Source: Bigelowiella natans CCMP2755
Lineage: Eukaryota; Protista; Cercozoa
NCBI GenBank assembly: GCA_000320545.1
Contig: ADNK01002596.1
Span: forward strand, 116,331 to 180,330
Length of the DNA stretch: 64,000 nt
Direction of reading: 5' to 3'
Position numbers and translations under genes: made by a program. The notes under the pieces are model-generated. The model did not search any database. It saw only the letters and a program-made list of their open reading frames with translations, and was not told the DNA's origin. This document shows positions 25,074 to 39,069 of this stretch, piece by piece; position 1 is the stretch's first letter, and each line of letters begins with the position of its first letter.

Positions 25074-28000
25074 ATGGAATCGTTGAATAAGACTATGAGA
25101 GACATGGGAAACAATAAATCTAGCACAGATAGAAACAGCGATCAAAGACAAGTGGCCGAACAATCACATTTAAGTGCGCAGGTAATAGAAATTCTTTGAG
25201 GAATTGTACTGTATGAAATTAAGAAAGAGGATCTAGGTGGATTTAGAACGAGACTTGAAACCAGAGTGATGATTAATCTGAGTTGACTTCGTAGTCGTGG
25301 GGCAGAATTTCTCCATTGCTGAAATCTTAATGAAACTATTATTCGCGATCTCCCATATTTACCTCAAGGTGCACACTGAGAGTGATAGGGGCCTTCCGCA
25401 AAAGCGTGCATCAGCCAATTCGTCCACTGCTGCTTCAGATGCAGCATCCTCCACACTATTCCTATCAACCCTTCTTGAACAACAAAATTCTCCAATATTG
25501 GATGAATCATCTCTGAGTCTTCTCAGCAGTCTAAAGACCCTTACTTCTGACGAAAAAATTTCGCAGGGTGGGGTTGGTAAGCAGGTCGATAAAATAAAGC
25601 AACTTGTCTCAAGCATACAGACAAGTTGCCAGAGACTGAACGACAGAGAAGCTGCTCTGAAAAAGGCTACGCAACTACTGTTAAAAAGTACTTAAAAAAC
25701 CTAAATAAATATCATCATACAAGTAAAACAACGAATGTATTGAGAACTCTATTGGTATCATACAATAATCTCAGTTCAACAAGAAAAAGCGAAGATTCGA
25801 GAGGCAATGGACAGCAAGCACAGTCTCGAGGTGATTCCAGTTCGCACTCAATTTTTAAGGGAGATTTTTTCAGTTATTCCATATCTCCTCAACTTACCCG
25901 ATGCTTTCTTTTAAAAAGCGGACAATGATTGCTTGTGTAACACTTGTTCCTTCATCAAAATAAAATGAATTTTGCGAAACAGTTGACACGAGGAAAATCT
26001 TGAAATTTTCCTTATCTTCCACACGCTGCTTCAAAAATTTAACATTTTCTTAAATCTGTCAGAAGGGGGAATATAGCAATGAAGAAGCTGCTTTGCAAAA
26101 GCAAAAGTTGCAAAAAGAGGTTCGCATAATTTTCTGAATATTCATCTGCTATTTGTTCTCTAAAATTTCATAATCATCGATTTTTTTGTCTTTTCCCCAC
26201 CGTTATGTGCTACTAGTTGACCAGTAAAAACAGTCAATTTGTTGTTGTTGTTGTCTTCTCCTTTGATTTTTGGTTTGGGAATACTTGGTACGTTTTTGCA
26301 GGATCTGCGACGCAGTGCACTGCTCCAACAACTCTACCAAGGGGTTAATAGTGTTGTTGCGGTTGCTGCACAAGGAGAGAACATAACCACCAACCATAGC
26401 ACCCGAGCCTTAAAGGAAAGAGAGCAGCACACACGAGAGGAATTAGAGAAGTTGAAGGAGCAAGTCGAGCAATACAAAAGGCTCGTGGAGGAAGTCAAAC
26501 AACAGGTTATATAATGCAGGATAGAACCTCTCTCTTTTCTTGACTCGCTAATTGATTGGTTTTGGACATTTATGTGAAGGTCGCTCCTGCATCCCCCCCC
26601 AAAGAAAAGGAGGTAGTATCAAAGGCTAGGCATGATCAGAAGCAAGCTGAGATCGAGCGCTTGGCCAAAGATGTCGAAATATGTAAGGACGAGCTACAGC
26701 AGCTGCTCGCCACGATTGGTATAAATGGAAGCATGGATCATGGAATACAGCTCGAATAAGAAACCACCAACCACACCATGTGCACTGTGTATTTATTCTC
26801 TTGGCGGAAATTCTTGTTTGATGTTGCTGACCCTTACACAGCTCAAGAACAGTCGATGATGCAGCAAGTATACGACTTGCAAAATAAGCTCAAGAAGGAT
26901 AAACAACAGTTTGGACAGATGCAACAACAGCTGGTAAAATTAAAAGGGGTGATAACAATAGCTTTGGAACACTAGGATGATGATGATGAGAGCACGTATC
27001 TGTACTGGAAGTTTTTTTTTTAACGTTCATGAGCGCCGATATGATCGATATTGTGGTTGTTCCCACCCTTTGTCCTTGATTGTCTACATTACTAACATTA
27101 GATGATTGTCTCCATTATCAACATTAGACAAAGGAGCAGAACAAAGTTAAAGAAGGAAAAAAAATGAACAAGAAACTCCGTGCTCAAATAGATCGGGATC
27201 GTAGTTTTCTCGATAAAGAGAGGCAGAACCATAAGAAGAGGGAAGAGGATCTGAAAAATGAACGGGCTAAGATCAAGAAGGCTATGGAGGAGATGCAGAA
27301 TGGCCGCAAAGGAGTTGAACATGATCGAGCTCAGCTGAAAAGGGAACACAAAAAGCTGGATCGTAAGAAGGACGAGGTTGCAGATGAGACAAAAAAGCTT
27401 GAGGTAGAACGCAAAAAGATGCAGAAAGAAAAGGAACGTCTCAAGAAGGAAGTCCAGAAGGCCCAAAATGCCAAGGACAAAATAGAGAAAGAGAAACAGA
27501 GAGCAGACCAAGAGGCCTCCAATGCACAAAAGCGAAAAGAAAAGATAATGGCGGATATCCAAAAGGCGATCGTGGAGGAGGAAAGGAAGCTCAAGGTTGT
27601 CGCTGATGAATCGTGTATTTTATAGCGATATAGTGATGGGAACAGATTACTTTTTCATAATACACATTTAACTACTACAGAGCATTATGTCTGATTTTCG
27701 CCGCCACCTACGTACTACTCTGTTAATTCCATCTTATGATGTGATGACATTGTACGATCAGTTTGTACATATTTTCTACTTCTTCTCACTGATAATATAC
27801 AGACAGCGTAGTAAATATTGTCTTACCCCCCCCCCCTTTGATGAAAACTCAGGAATTGAAGGAGATAGAGAAAACCAAAGCTCAACTCAAGGGCGAACTC
27901 GAGCAGCTCAAAAAAGAGAAGCGCAAGATGGAAAAGCGGCGGAGTAAGTCACCAGGTCATCATAATACCACTGGTAATGGTGCAGAAGGAGGTGGTAAGC

Positions 28001-28857
28001 AAAGCAGCAGCGATGAGTTAGGAGTAGGTGGTGCCTCTTCAGAGACAAGTATTGCTTTGAGGCAGAAACTCCTACAGCTTGAGAATGAGAATAAAGTTCT
28101 AAAGAAAAAGATAGAGGCATCATCATCACCGGCCTCTTTCTCATCAGCACTCGGTCCATCATCGACTTCAACCTCCTACCATCAGCAGGATGTTGCGTGG
28201 CCTAATCGAGGAGTTAGCGGCAGCAAAGGGGGGGGTGAGAGCAAGGTTGGTGGGAGTAGCGGTACTTCCAGTGGACCTTCTGGTGGTGGTAGTAGTAATA
28301 CCATCAACACGTTCTCTTTTTCGCAGAATTCATGGCTGCGGAGCATGAAATCTTCGATGATGAACCCTGTCAAGGACACAATCAACATCCCCCGATTTGC
28401 ATGGCCGAGACCTGGCATGAAAGAGCATCACTCTTCTCATCATCACCAGCATTCCTCCCATCACCACCCTTCGTCTCTAAGTAGTAGTACTCATGGAAGT
28501 TCTTCTAACTCATCCTCTCATCATCACCATCATCAAATCCATCACCACCCTGCTCATCATGGTGGTCTTTCTGCCACTTCCACCTTTGGTGGTCCACCTG
28601 GATTTGCTGGTACCTCATCATCCCAACCAATGGGCGGCCTAATGTTTGCGCAACGAGGCAAGAAGGTGATGGCACGTTATCGTGGTGATGATCAATGGTA
28701 TGATGCTGAAATCAAGGAGGTCATCCTGAACGGCGCAAAGGGCCCTCGATACATCGTTAAGTTTCAAGGCTATGCAGGCAAGGAGGAGGTGAGTGCGGCA
28801 GATATACGTCCAAAACAACAGCGTCATCATCAGCAGGATGGAAATAGTGACAACAAC

Positions 28858-28895
<38 letters not shown>

Positions 28896-29613
28896 GTCTG
28901 GAGCAAGTGGGACAGGAAGCAGTGCTGGTGTAGTCGTATCAGGTGGTGGCGGTGGTGGTGGAGGGAGTAACAACACCACTTCATCATCCTCACATCCCAG
29001 CAGTCAACCTAATGGCCACCATCACCAACTTCATCATCATCATTCCAGCAGCAGCAGCAGTGGTGGTGGTGGTGGTGGTTCTAGTGTTGTTGGTGTTGGT
29101 CAGCACGGCGCCAACACGCATCATCATCATCATCATCATCACCTTAATCATACCACTCACCATCCTTCGCTTCGCACCCAATCGTCTTCTCAATGGGCGT
29201 CTTTGGTCAAGAACGATCGAAGCTCGTCACACCATGGTGGCAGCGTTTGGGGTATGAGCGCTAGCATGAAACCGTCTACGGCAATTGGAAGAGTAGGTGG
29301 TGGGGTATTGAATGGACTTAGTAGCCATACTTCTTCTCTCATGAAACAGCAACCACAGACGTCAGTTGGTAGCGGAAGTTCCTCAGTGGGAGGGGGAGGA
29401 GTCGGAGGAGGGGCTACAGCGAAAATGGGGGGCAGCAGTCGCGGTGGTGGTGGTGGTAGGAGTGGGGGTGGGGGGGGTACTAGTGGAGCGGGTGGTTTCT
29501 ATGCCCCGCACCATCTCCATCGTCATCATCATCCTCATCATACTTCAAACCTTGAAAACGGAGGAGGAGGAGCCGGAGGAGGGGGTAGCACTGTGGGAGG
29601 GAAACAAGGATGA
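25074..29613 (+). CDS. Coiled-coil protein with C-terminal Tudor domain in His/Gly/Ser-rich low-complexity sequence
   Basis: Multiple K/E/Q-rich coiled-coil exons (25369-, ~26060-, ~26300-, ~26580-, ~26840-, 27164-, 27838-). Tudor signature KKVMARYRGDDQWYDAEIKEV...YIVKFQGYAGKEEVSAADIRP at ~28660-28810. The start codon is uncertain. Confidence 0.75.
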
Positions 29614-29703
29614 GGAGGAGGAGGAGGGCAGAGTAGTGGTGGTGATGCCGGTGGTGTGCCGAAGGTCATGCTCTCGATGGATCGTGACAGTAGATCATAA
29701 AGT

Positions 29704-29706
29704 CAT

Positions 29707-29795
<89 letters not shown>
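29704..29795. repeat. Compound microsatellite (CA)n(TA)n(TG)n forming a long near-perfect palindrome
   Basis: Directly visible, about 90 bp downstream of the Tudor gene stop codon. Confidence 0.85.
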
Positions 29796-29807
29796 GTCAT
29801 CCCCCAC

Positions 29808-29854
<47 letters not shown>

Positions 29855-29899
29855 GAAGTGACGTTGAAGACCAGACTTAATATTAAAGCAACACTGGAT

Positions 29900-31100
29900 G
29901 TATTAACCAATGAGTGACAAAGAAACTAGTGTTTCTTTGCATCACACTTTAATGCAACGATCGAATTGCGACTTTTGCCATTGTAATGATGCATAATGGT
30001 TAATATAAATTCATCTTATAAAAATATATGCGAACAATACATGCATGTATTTGCAACACAGCTAGACACTTCTAGACTTATTAACTCTGCACCGTACGAA
30101 ACAATGTGCACAGTATAGATAGCGCACTATAGCGCAAGCTAATGTAGCATAGCATGGCTAGGCTGTAATAAGTGCGTATCTAGGTATGTCTAATATAGGT
30201 GTACATGACTACTAGAATCAAATGTCCATCATCGCTAGGCTTGCTAGCTTGTTATTATAGTCCATATGATACGAATGCAATGTGCTGATGTGGACATATC
30301 CCTTTAATTCAATTGTATGAGACGGAGGCAATGAAACAATTAAATTTTAGCTTTCAATGTGGTCATCGTACTAGCGTAGTGTAGCCATCAATTGTACGTA
30401 CGTCAGTCCTGGCATGCATGTCTAGATATGCAATGCAACTTTGATGAAGCTGCTACGCCATGCAATCTAGAAATGCCATGCTAACATGCACGCTCACGGC
30501 TACGCTACGCACAGCTACAGCAGGTGGCTTCAATAAGCTAGCAGTCAAGCCGAAAGACGAAATTAGCAATGCCTAGATGCTAGAATGGCGTGCTAGCGTG
30601 TGTGCACGACGAGCCATATATTTTGTAGAGCTCGCTGTACAAGCTGTAGCGCATGATTAGCGAAGAGATATCAAATCCCAGACTATCTGCCTAGTGTCTA
30701 GTCTTTAATACAGTAGCTATATTCATAATTTAACTGTGAAACACAAGTCTACCGTTACAATGGCGACATAAATGCGAAGGGGTAGACCATAGTAAAGTCG
30801 TGAGTCATCATCGTGAAAGTCAATAGGATATTACAACAAAATTCCCAACATGTATCACCTATACACGTGCATGCACAAGTGTTTGTGTCTTGATGTGTTT
30901 CATGATAGTATGATATACGTGTAATATTTTTCCTAATTTCGACGTTATTGATTGGGATGGCATTGATCTTATATGAGCAGAGTAGTTAATCGTCGCGTAT
31001 ATGTCAAGGCTCGCCACGGGCGTTGTTCGAGTCACAGGGAGCAAACTACGAAACTATGTAATTTTAACCCTAACGTGCCGAGCATGTGATGTGTCCTTTG
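29900..31100. other. RY-alternation/CTAG-rich spacer between convergent genes
   Basis: Rich in tagc/gcta/tgca/catg words. Lies between stops at 29613 (+) and 31129 (-). Confidence 0.6.
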
Positions 31101-31128
31101 TAGCTCTTGTAAAATCACCACCCTACTG

Positions 31129-32694
31129 CTATAAACAACACCGTGTCTCTAGATTCCTACATGTACGATGATAATACTGCCACCTCTCGTCTCCATGGAT
31201 ACCACCTGTTGTTGAGATCTGAATACGAACGCTATCCCCAAGCATAGTAGAAAAGTCGTCGTTGTTGTCTATCGGCAGCCCACAGAAGTTACAGCAGCAT
31301 TTGGCACCGTTGCGCACCATGTTTCTAATTGCTTCTAGTTCAACTTCGCAGTTCATTTGTATATCGGAGAGATACCCAAACTCCTTGATTGCAGAAACAT
31401 TTTCTTTAATCTCCTTTAAACATGTAATGATTTCAGGCATCGATCGTCGGATTTTCCAGGTGGAGCGCTTCGTGAGGGTATATATCTTTTCTGCAGTACT
31501 CAGACGCGTCATCACACGTGCGATCTCCATCGACCTGATTGTTGATATTTTGATGATGATGATGATGATGATGAAATCATACCCTATAGCAGCTATTGCA
31601 TTGTAATTAGTAGTATTATTATTAGTTAGTAGTTGTAGTTACCCTTTGACAAAGGTAGCGCCTGGAGTGATACTCTTAGCCATCTCAAGTCGTCTGCGAG
31701 GAGTGGTGGCACTACTATCATTATCATCATCAGATACTAGTAGCTTTTGTAGTAATGCAAGGTTTTTCCTGAGCGACTTAGTGAATTTTGTACAATCGCG
31801 AATAGTATTCAGGGCAAAATCAACAGTCAGCCCCCAATTATCCAGTGGTAGTGCGACAGCAGGACGTAGCAGAGCGCCAACGTCCTGTAGATATCTGTGT
31901 TATGTATCATGTGCCAACAATAATATCAACAACAATAACAAAGTTCTTATTATGAATAAATAATGTAAAGTGGGGATGATGTAGGAGCTACTAGTGAACA
32001 TGAATGATGATGATAATCAATCATAATAGGGTTAGTGTCCTTACAAATCATTCAGAAACCAAACACACTGTCTTACTCCTATTATTTTTGCTGCTGTACA
32101 GAGCAAACTTAGCCATTATTATTATTATTGTTATTATTATTATGTTGTTGTACATACGCGCGCATAGCTTCCATAGCTTCGAGTGCCTCTTCAATTTTGG
32201 TCTCATTGGCGAAATTACTATCCCCCCCCTTGCCAACGTCCGGTTTTGATGGAAATGCCATCTTGAATTCTTTGCCCTTATGAAACGCTTCTGCATATGC
32301 TAGAAAGTCCTCATAGCGATCCTGATTTGAGTCAGCATATTGCCAATGATATCGAAAGGGCAATTTCCATGAAGAAGATGTGCTCGTCACAGCTTGGAGA
32401 CTCAATTCCTTTTCAATTTCCTTAGCCTTCTTTCGGATAGACTTTGCCCTGCTAAATGCTGCATCCTCGTCGTCAGAGTCGGCCTGATAATAGGGTGGTT
32501 ATGAAGTATAAAAGAGATTTAGGAGAAGAAAATGTAGCAGAAACGTGATAGTACTCATGTTAGTAATAGATGCATTGGTGTTTCTTACTAGAGTAGGTAG
32601 TACCGTTGTTGTTGTTATTTAGTTTGTTTTCTCTCTGATTATTATTAAGCAGCAGTGGTAGTAGTACTAGTACCAGTAGTTCCAACAAACAAAC

Positions 32695-32730
<36 letters not shown>

Positions 32731-35700
32731 CACCTCCTCTCTCTCTACCATCTATTACCTAGTAACTAACTAACTGACTCACCTCTGTAATTTCCATCTT
32801 GGCCTGGCGCTTGAGATTTCTGACCTCCCTCTTTCGATTGATGTATCTTACCACAGCAAGTGCCTCTCTAAGTCTCTGCTGCCGTATTAACATGGGCAGG
32901 GCGTCTTCCACAGTATCAGCAGTATTCTCCATTGGGATCTCCAGAAGCTTTACGTCTTCTTGCTCTTCTTCTTCTGGTTGTTGTTGGAAACTACTACCTT
33001 CTGGTGTTAGAATGGCACCACCATCACTGACAACAGAAGAAGTACTGATAATATCACCCTGATCACTCTCACCCATAGAAACGCTCTTACTGCTCGCTCG
33101 TCCAGTGCCTCCACCCCCACCTCCAAAGAATAAGTTATCGACGTTGACATCGGCTGCTGAGACGGGTTTGCTGCTATCTCCTGATGCTGTTGCTGTTCCC
33201 ATTGTCATCACCCCCTCGAATAGCACGTCTAGTTGCTGATCATTGCCGTTCAGATGATGATGATGATGATGCTGCTGCTTCTTCTGCTTCTTTTTGATTG
33301 TGTTCACGACGTTGTTGTCGTTGTCAGCAGCAGCATTATCATCATCATCATCATCGCCATTCTTCTTCTTCTCCTCCTCGTCGTCATCGGCTGCCGCTGC
33401 TTCTTCCTCGAGGCGCTTTAGTCTCAGGTCTACACTTGCTGAGTGTCCTCCACCCATCATTTCAGGTGCTTTAATGTCTGTACTCTCATCCTCCGCACCG
33501 TATAAATCGTCAAATAGACCAGCAGCTGTTTTAGTCATCTTACGGCTGCTGATTTGTGATGTGGTTGATGTTTAAGAAGGACGAGGAGGGGGGGGGAGGA
33601 AAGACAGCAGAAAGAAAGAAAATCAGAGGAGTATCTTGCTACTACAAGTCCAGTAACATTCAGTGAGGAAAATGAGAGTTTGTGATAATAGATACTACTG
33701 CCATACATAATTGTTGGAGGATTATTCTCACGATCACCGTCACAACATGCGTTACGATATTAACAACAACCTAATTATCTCCCCCCCCCCTCCTCCTCCT
33801 GCTGCAGTCTCTGCCTCCACTTCCTGAGCGAGTTCTTGTTGATCATCGCGCTGCTGTTGGTGTGCAGTCTTGTCCATTTCGCATTCTTCATAACTGTTCG
33901 GTGTCGCTACCGTAGGACCTCCATTACCACCGGCAGAAGAAGGTGATAATATCACACCGGAGAGCACACCTCTGTTGTGTTTGCAGCAGTCAGCAATTAC
34001 TAGTACTTGCTATTATTTTCATGTGGTCGTCGTTAACATTTCGTGTGTAGCAAGTAGGTAGGCAGGTAGTTAAAAGCATCATCCATAGATACCAAATGTA
34101 GACCTCGATGAATGTTATTATCATTATCATTATCATCATCATCATCATCATCATCATCACCCTGTTGTAGTAGAAACATCATCTGAGGTATTGGATGCAG
34201 AAACAGAGACTGGTACAGGAAGAGGGGATGGCTTGTTGAACTTTATGTGCGCACCACCGACGTTGTCACCGAACTTCTCAATGAAATCACCTCCAAAAAT
34301 TCCTAGATCCACGCCGCCCTCCTCCTCCTCTTCTTCTTCTTCTTCTTCATCATCTTTTTCCTGCTCCTCTTGTCCTCCTCCCCCTTGTTTTTGTAGTACT
34401 CTATCATGATCCTTAGTGCTCTTTTCTTTTTCTTCCCCCGCCTCCTCATTTCCCTCCTCTTTGCTTATTATCCTGTCGTCATTGTCGTCCTTGGCCAGCA
34501 GCAGCCCCATATCCTTCTGTTCTTTCCCATCATGATCATCATTATAATCGTCGTCTTCTTCTCTGTCGTCTTTACCACCTTCTTCCTCTCCCCAGTCTGC
34601 CCAGTCACCATCTCCGCTTCCTTCTTCTTCATTTTCCCCTCCGCCTCCTCCCCTTTTCATCATGATCCCTGCATCATCATCACCATCATCATCATCATCT
34701 GCCTCCTCCTCTTGAGTAGTAGTTTGTACTAACTTTGTCGTACCTAGTAGCGTGGCAGTAGTTGTAGCAGTTGTAGCAGTACTAGTTAAAGTAGTAGTAG
34801 TAGTTTTTCCTCCTTTTTTTTCGTCATCATTACCTCCTCCGTCACCCCAATTTGCCCACTCATCATCGTTTCCATCGTCCCCTACTACAACTACCGCACC
34901 ATCAGCTCCTTCTCGCAGTCTATTTTCGTCGTCGCCGTCGTTGTCGTCATCATCATCATCATCGAAGTTAGCCTCAAAATCATCATCCATAGGGGAATGT
35001 GTAGTAGCAGCAGCTTTGTCGTCACCACCACTATCATCATCATCATCGTTATCGTCTATTTTCCTAATATTTTCTTGGGATGCAGTAGGCTTTTTCACCG
35101 GAATTGTACCGAAAAATTCATTCACAACCTACAACAACAATATATAGTGAGTGATTAATAGTTAGTACTACAAAAACTAGTAGCAGTCGTACGTAGTATT
35201 AGTGATTGATAGTTAGTACTACAAAAACTAGTAGCAGTCGTACAGTTGGCGACGAACAGTTATCTCTTTCTCACCTATTTTCTAGAATCTTAGACTCTCT
35301 TTTACTTGTTCTTCTTCTTACTATTCTTAATCATCATCATAATACTCAATTCAACCGTTTCTGTCTCAGGGACTTTTACTTCTGGCTCACCAAAAAATAT
35401 GGACGGCATCACCTGACAGCAGCAGCAGCAGCAGCAGCAGCAGAGAAATGATTAGTCATGATGATGATGATGATGATGATGAGGGAGAGACTCGTCAGCT
35501 TGACCTCCTCTCGAAATGCTGCTGCATTAGTCCATGTTCTAGGCGAATAAATATTTTTGCATGCTGCATGATGCTGCTGCTTTAACAACTAACTACTGTT
35601 GATACGGCAAACAAATATAGTTTCTTTTTCTTCTTCTTCTTCAACTACTACTACTACAATTACTACAACGACTAATACTACTTTTACTTCTACTAATACT

Positions 35701-38494
35701 AACTACTACTACAAATACTACTCCTGGCATAGCTAAACCTAACTATTTCTGTCCTACCATAATTCACTGCCGCTGCTGCTGCTATAATATACTACTACTA
35801 CACTACTACTAATAATAATAATAATACTTCTACCCTTTGAGCACTGCGGGTTTGCTGCTGCCATTTATTCTCCTCTAGCCCTGTTATTATTTTTGTTGTC
35901 GTTCTTGTTGTCGTGCCCTCATCGTCGTTGCTATCATTTGCCGTAGTCTTGGCCTTATTCTGTACTACTCCTACTCCTCCTTCTCCCATCGTCATTCCTA
36001 GCTCCTTCCCCTGCCTATCGTACTTGTTTTCGTCATCTCCCCATTCATTTCCCCAATCATCATCGTCTTCAGCAACACCGCCCCTCCACCCTCCCTTTTG
36101 TTCTTGTTCTGCATTTCCTTCCTTTCCTCCTTGAGAATCACCGCTACTCAGTCCCAGAATCTGCAGCATCTCCTAATAAAGAAAGAAGAGGATCAAGAAA
36201 TCGTCGAATCATTCATCAGCTATCCTATTCTTCCTCCCCCCCCTCCCTTAATGGTATTGAGCATTGTCATCTATATAGTATTTCTGCCTCTGGTCCCTCC
36301 ACCCTTCTTTTCTCACTGCATCACCATTATCATGATAATTTTATCAATATCCTTACGTCAGGAATATCATTGCTTTGTTTCCCCGTCGTCGAATTGAAGA
36401 GACCCCCCCCCCCCCCGAAGACATCATCATTATTATCATCCATTTCTTGCCCACTCTTCTTTTTCCTCCCTCCTATCGTTTTTTCCTCGTCCTTCCCTTT
36501 GTTGCTGTCATCTTCATTATTGTCCCAATCATTTCCCCAATCATCTTCTTGATCATCGCCCATTACTCCCACCGCACTTGTCGTCGTCACTGCATGTTGC
36601 TGCTGCTGCTGCTGCTTCTGCTGAATTTCTTGCGTTTTTGGTGTTTGAGGTGTTCTGCTCAGCACCAATTTCCCCACCGTTACTAGATTCAACGGTGGCA
36701 TCTTCCTCATTGAAGTTACCCCAACCCTCATCCTCGTCGGCAGCATTCCCTTCGGTGTTCCCTCCTCTTCCTCCCCTTAAATCACGAATGTTAGCAGTAT
36801 CAACAGCTTTTGCGTTGCCATAATCATCATCAAACCGTCCCCAGTCCTCCTCCTCCTCCTCCTCCTTTAATCTCTTATGTTGTTCGCCTGACATCATTAT
36901 CGGTGTGGTAGTGATTGTAGTTGCTGTAGTTGCTGTTGCAGAAATACTGCCGCCGCTACCACTGCCGCTGCTATTTTTATTCCCAATGAGGCCCCACACA
37001 CCACCACTATCAGCCTCCCGTTCAAAGGAAGAAGAAGTAGAAGATGTGCTATTTTTATTCTCGATCACCGTTTTATTTGATTGGACTTGATTCCCACTTT
37101 GCATCCTCATCATTCCTCCCATTTCTCCCATATTAATGGTGGCCTCCTGTGCCATCGCTGCTTGAAAGAATCCCCCCATATTCGTCCCTCCTTGCTGCAG
37201 TTTTGATGATGATTCTTCTTCAGGTGGAGGTGACTTAGGCTTCTTCTTAAGGCCGTACTGAGTTTCCAGATGGGCAGATATATCAGCAAAAAAGCCGGAA
37301 GAGTTTGGAGAGGAAGTTTGGCGGGAATGCCCTCCTTCTCCTCCTTGCTTCATCTCAACACTTTTATTGAACATTTGAGACGACGGTGGACCAAAGCTGT
37401 TAGTGTCTTGCACTGGTTGGAATCGCTTTTGTTGTTGATGTTGCTGCTGCGTACGTGCAGCAGTCAAAGGCGACAATGCATTTGTATTTGGTGAGTTAGA
37501 AATGACGGTGGAGTTCCCTTTACTTTTTACTCGCTGCTGCCGCTGCTGCTGCTTCATCGTCATCATCATTTGGCGCTGCATCTCAGCCTGAAAAGAAGTT
37601 GGACAATAGATGAGTGTTTTTTTGCCGGATAGATACAATGTAACAATTTTTACAAACTATAAAACACTTTTCGTCTCCCGACTCTCTTTTTGAATCTGCA
37701 TTAGACGCCAGAAAATTTGGTTGTTATCGATGTATCTCTCCAAATGGCGTTGACATCTATCGTTGTTGCAGATACCATCTTCTTGTCCATCGCTGCAATT
37801 TGCTCCTTGATTTGGTCTGGGGTCAGCTTTGCAGCAGCCGCAGCATTACCCATCACTTGGGGAGGCACCAACCCATAAACCCCACTCCTTGCCCCTTGCA
37901 TACTAGCAACCCTTGCTTGTTGCTGCTGTTGATTCAACCCACTCCAACCAGCTCGCAGACCACTACTGCGCTGTTGCTGTTGCTGCTGCCGCCGCATCAT
38001 CATTTGCTGTTGGTAAATCATCGGATTCATACCTACTTATAATTACAAAGAAAAAAATACAATGAATACGCTGTGTGAGTAATTGATTCTTTGGGAATTT
38101 CTTTGTTTTTCTTTGGGAATTTCTTTATTAATTCTTTGGGAATTTCTTTGTTTTTAAAACGATTGGTACGAAAGATATTGTGAAGATTAATCCAGAAGTA
38201 GATTCTGCCCGAAGTCAAATCAAGTGAATCGCTGAAAAGGAGCTTATTTCTCCGCAGTCTCTACATGTTCTTGCATTGAGTAATGAGGCATATAACAAGT
38301 ATGCAATATTTAGACTGACCCATTCCATATTGCTGTATCTGCATTTGGTATTGCATCCGCTGCATATACGCTTGGTATTGCTGAGGGTTGGTCCGAGCCC
38401 ATTGTTGCATGTTTTGTTGTGACATGCTCATGCGGGCTTGTGCTTGTTGTTGGGTGTAACTTCCCTTGTCTGCTCCCCCACCTCCAGGATGCAT
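31129..38494 (-). CDS. Large acidic low-complexity protein, synergin-gamma/aftiphilin-like adaptor accessory candidate
   Basis: Gln/Met-rich N-terminus (38494 onward). Long acidic middle with repeated aromatic motifs (DWGRFDD, GWGNFNE, DWGNDWD, DWGNEWGD, EWANWGD, DWADWGE, DDFEANFD). Helical C-terminal region ending in CNFC...YHRTC. The family call is from remembered similarity and is not searched. Confidence 0.65.
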
Positions 38495-39069
38495 ACTTAT
38501 TCGCTCTCAAATATGTACGCGTTGAATTATATCAGATGAATTGAGTCCCCACTCGGGGTGAGAGCTGAACAAAGGTGGCTAACCCCAGCCTTCTTTACTT
38601 CCAAGTGATACGAGCAGCAGTAAGAGAGGGAGGAAGACGAAATATAGTAGTACGACATCAAACAGGAAATATTTTTCAAAAACATATTTTTGACACGCAT
38701 TTGTTGTGAACGTCACCTGTTTTTCGGTTTAAAATCAGAGAAATGACCATAGTGAATATCACGAGAAAGGGAGGAAACTCGATAACGTAGAAGGCAGGAG
38801 TAGGGTCATAGGAAAATAGTAGTACGATGTTTCCCAGTAGTAGTCTAGTCATCATCGAAGTACATGTTGTGGTCCTCGTATGAAAGCCTGATGAAACTAC
38901 TACTACTACTACTAGATCTACTAGATCTATGTGCATTTCCTTTTCCTACTCCTTCCTGTAGTAGTTGTTCTACTACTACTCGTAGGAAATTATTATGAAG
39001 TACATATAGAAAATCTACAAGTAGTCTAGAAGAAAACCATGGAAAATGATGATGATGTGTGCTCGAAAC

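Noticed and set aside
37701-37780. EH domain of synergin in the minus-strand gene
   Set aside because: The segment after KKM is best explained as an intron (donor gtatct; acceptor before AEMQRQ), and no EH motif was found.
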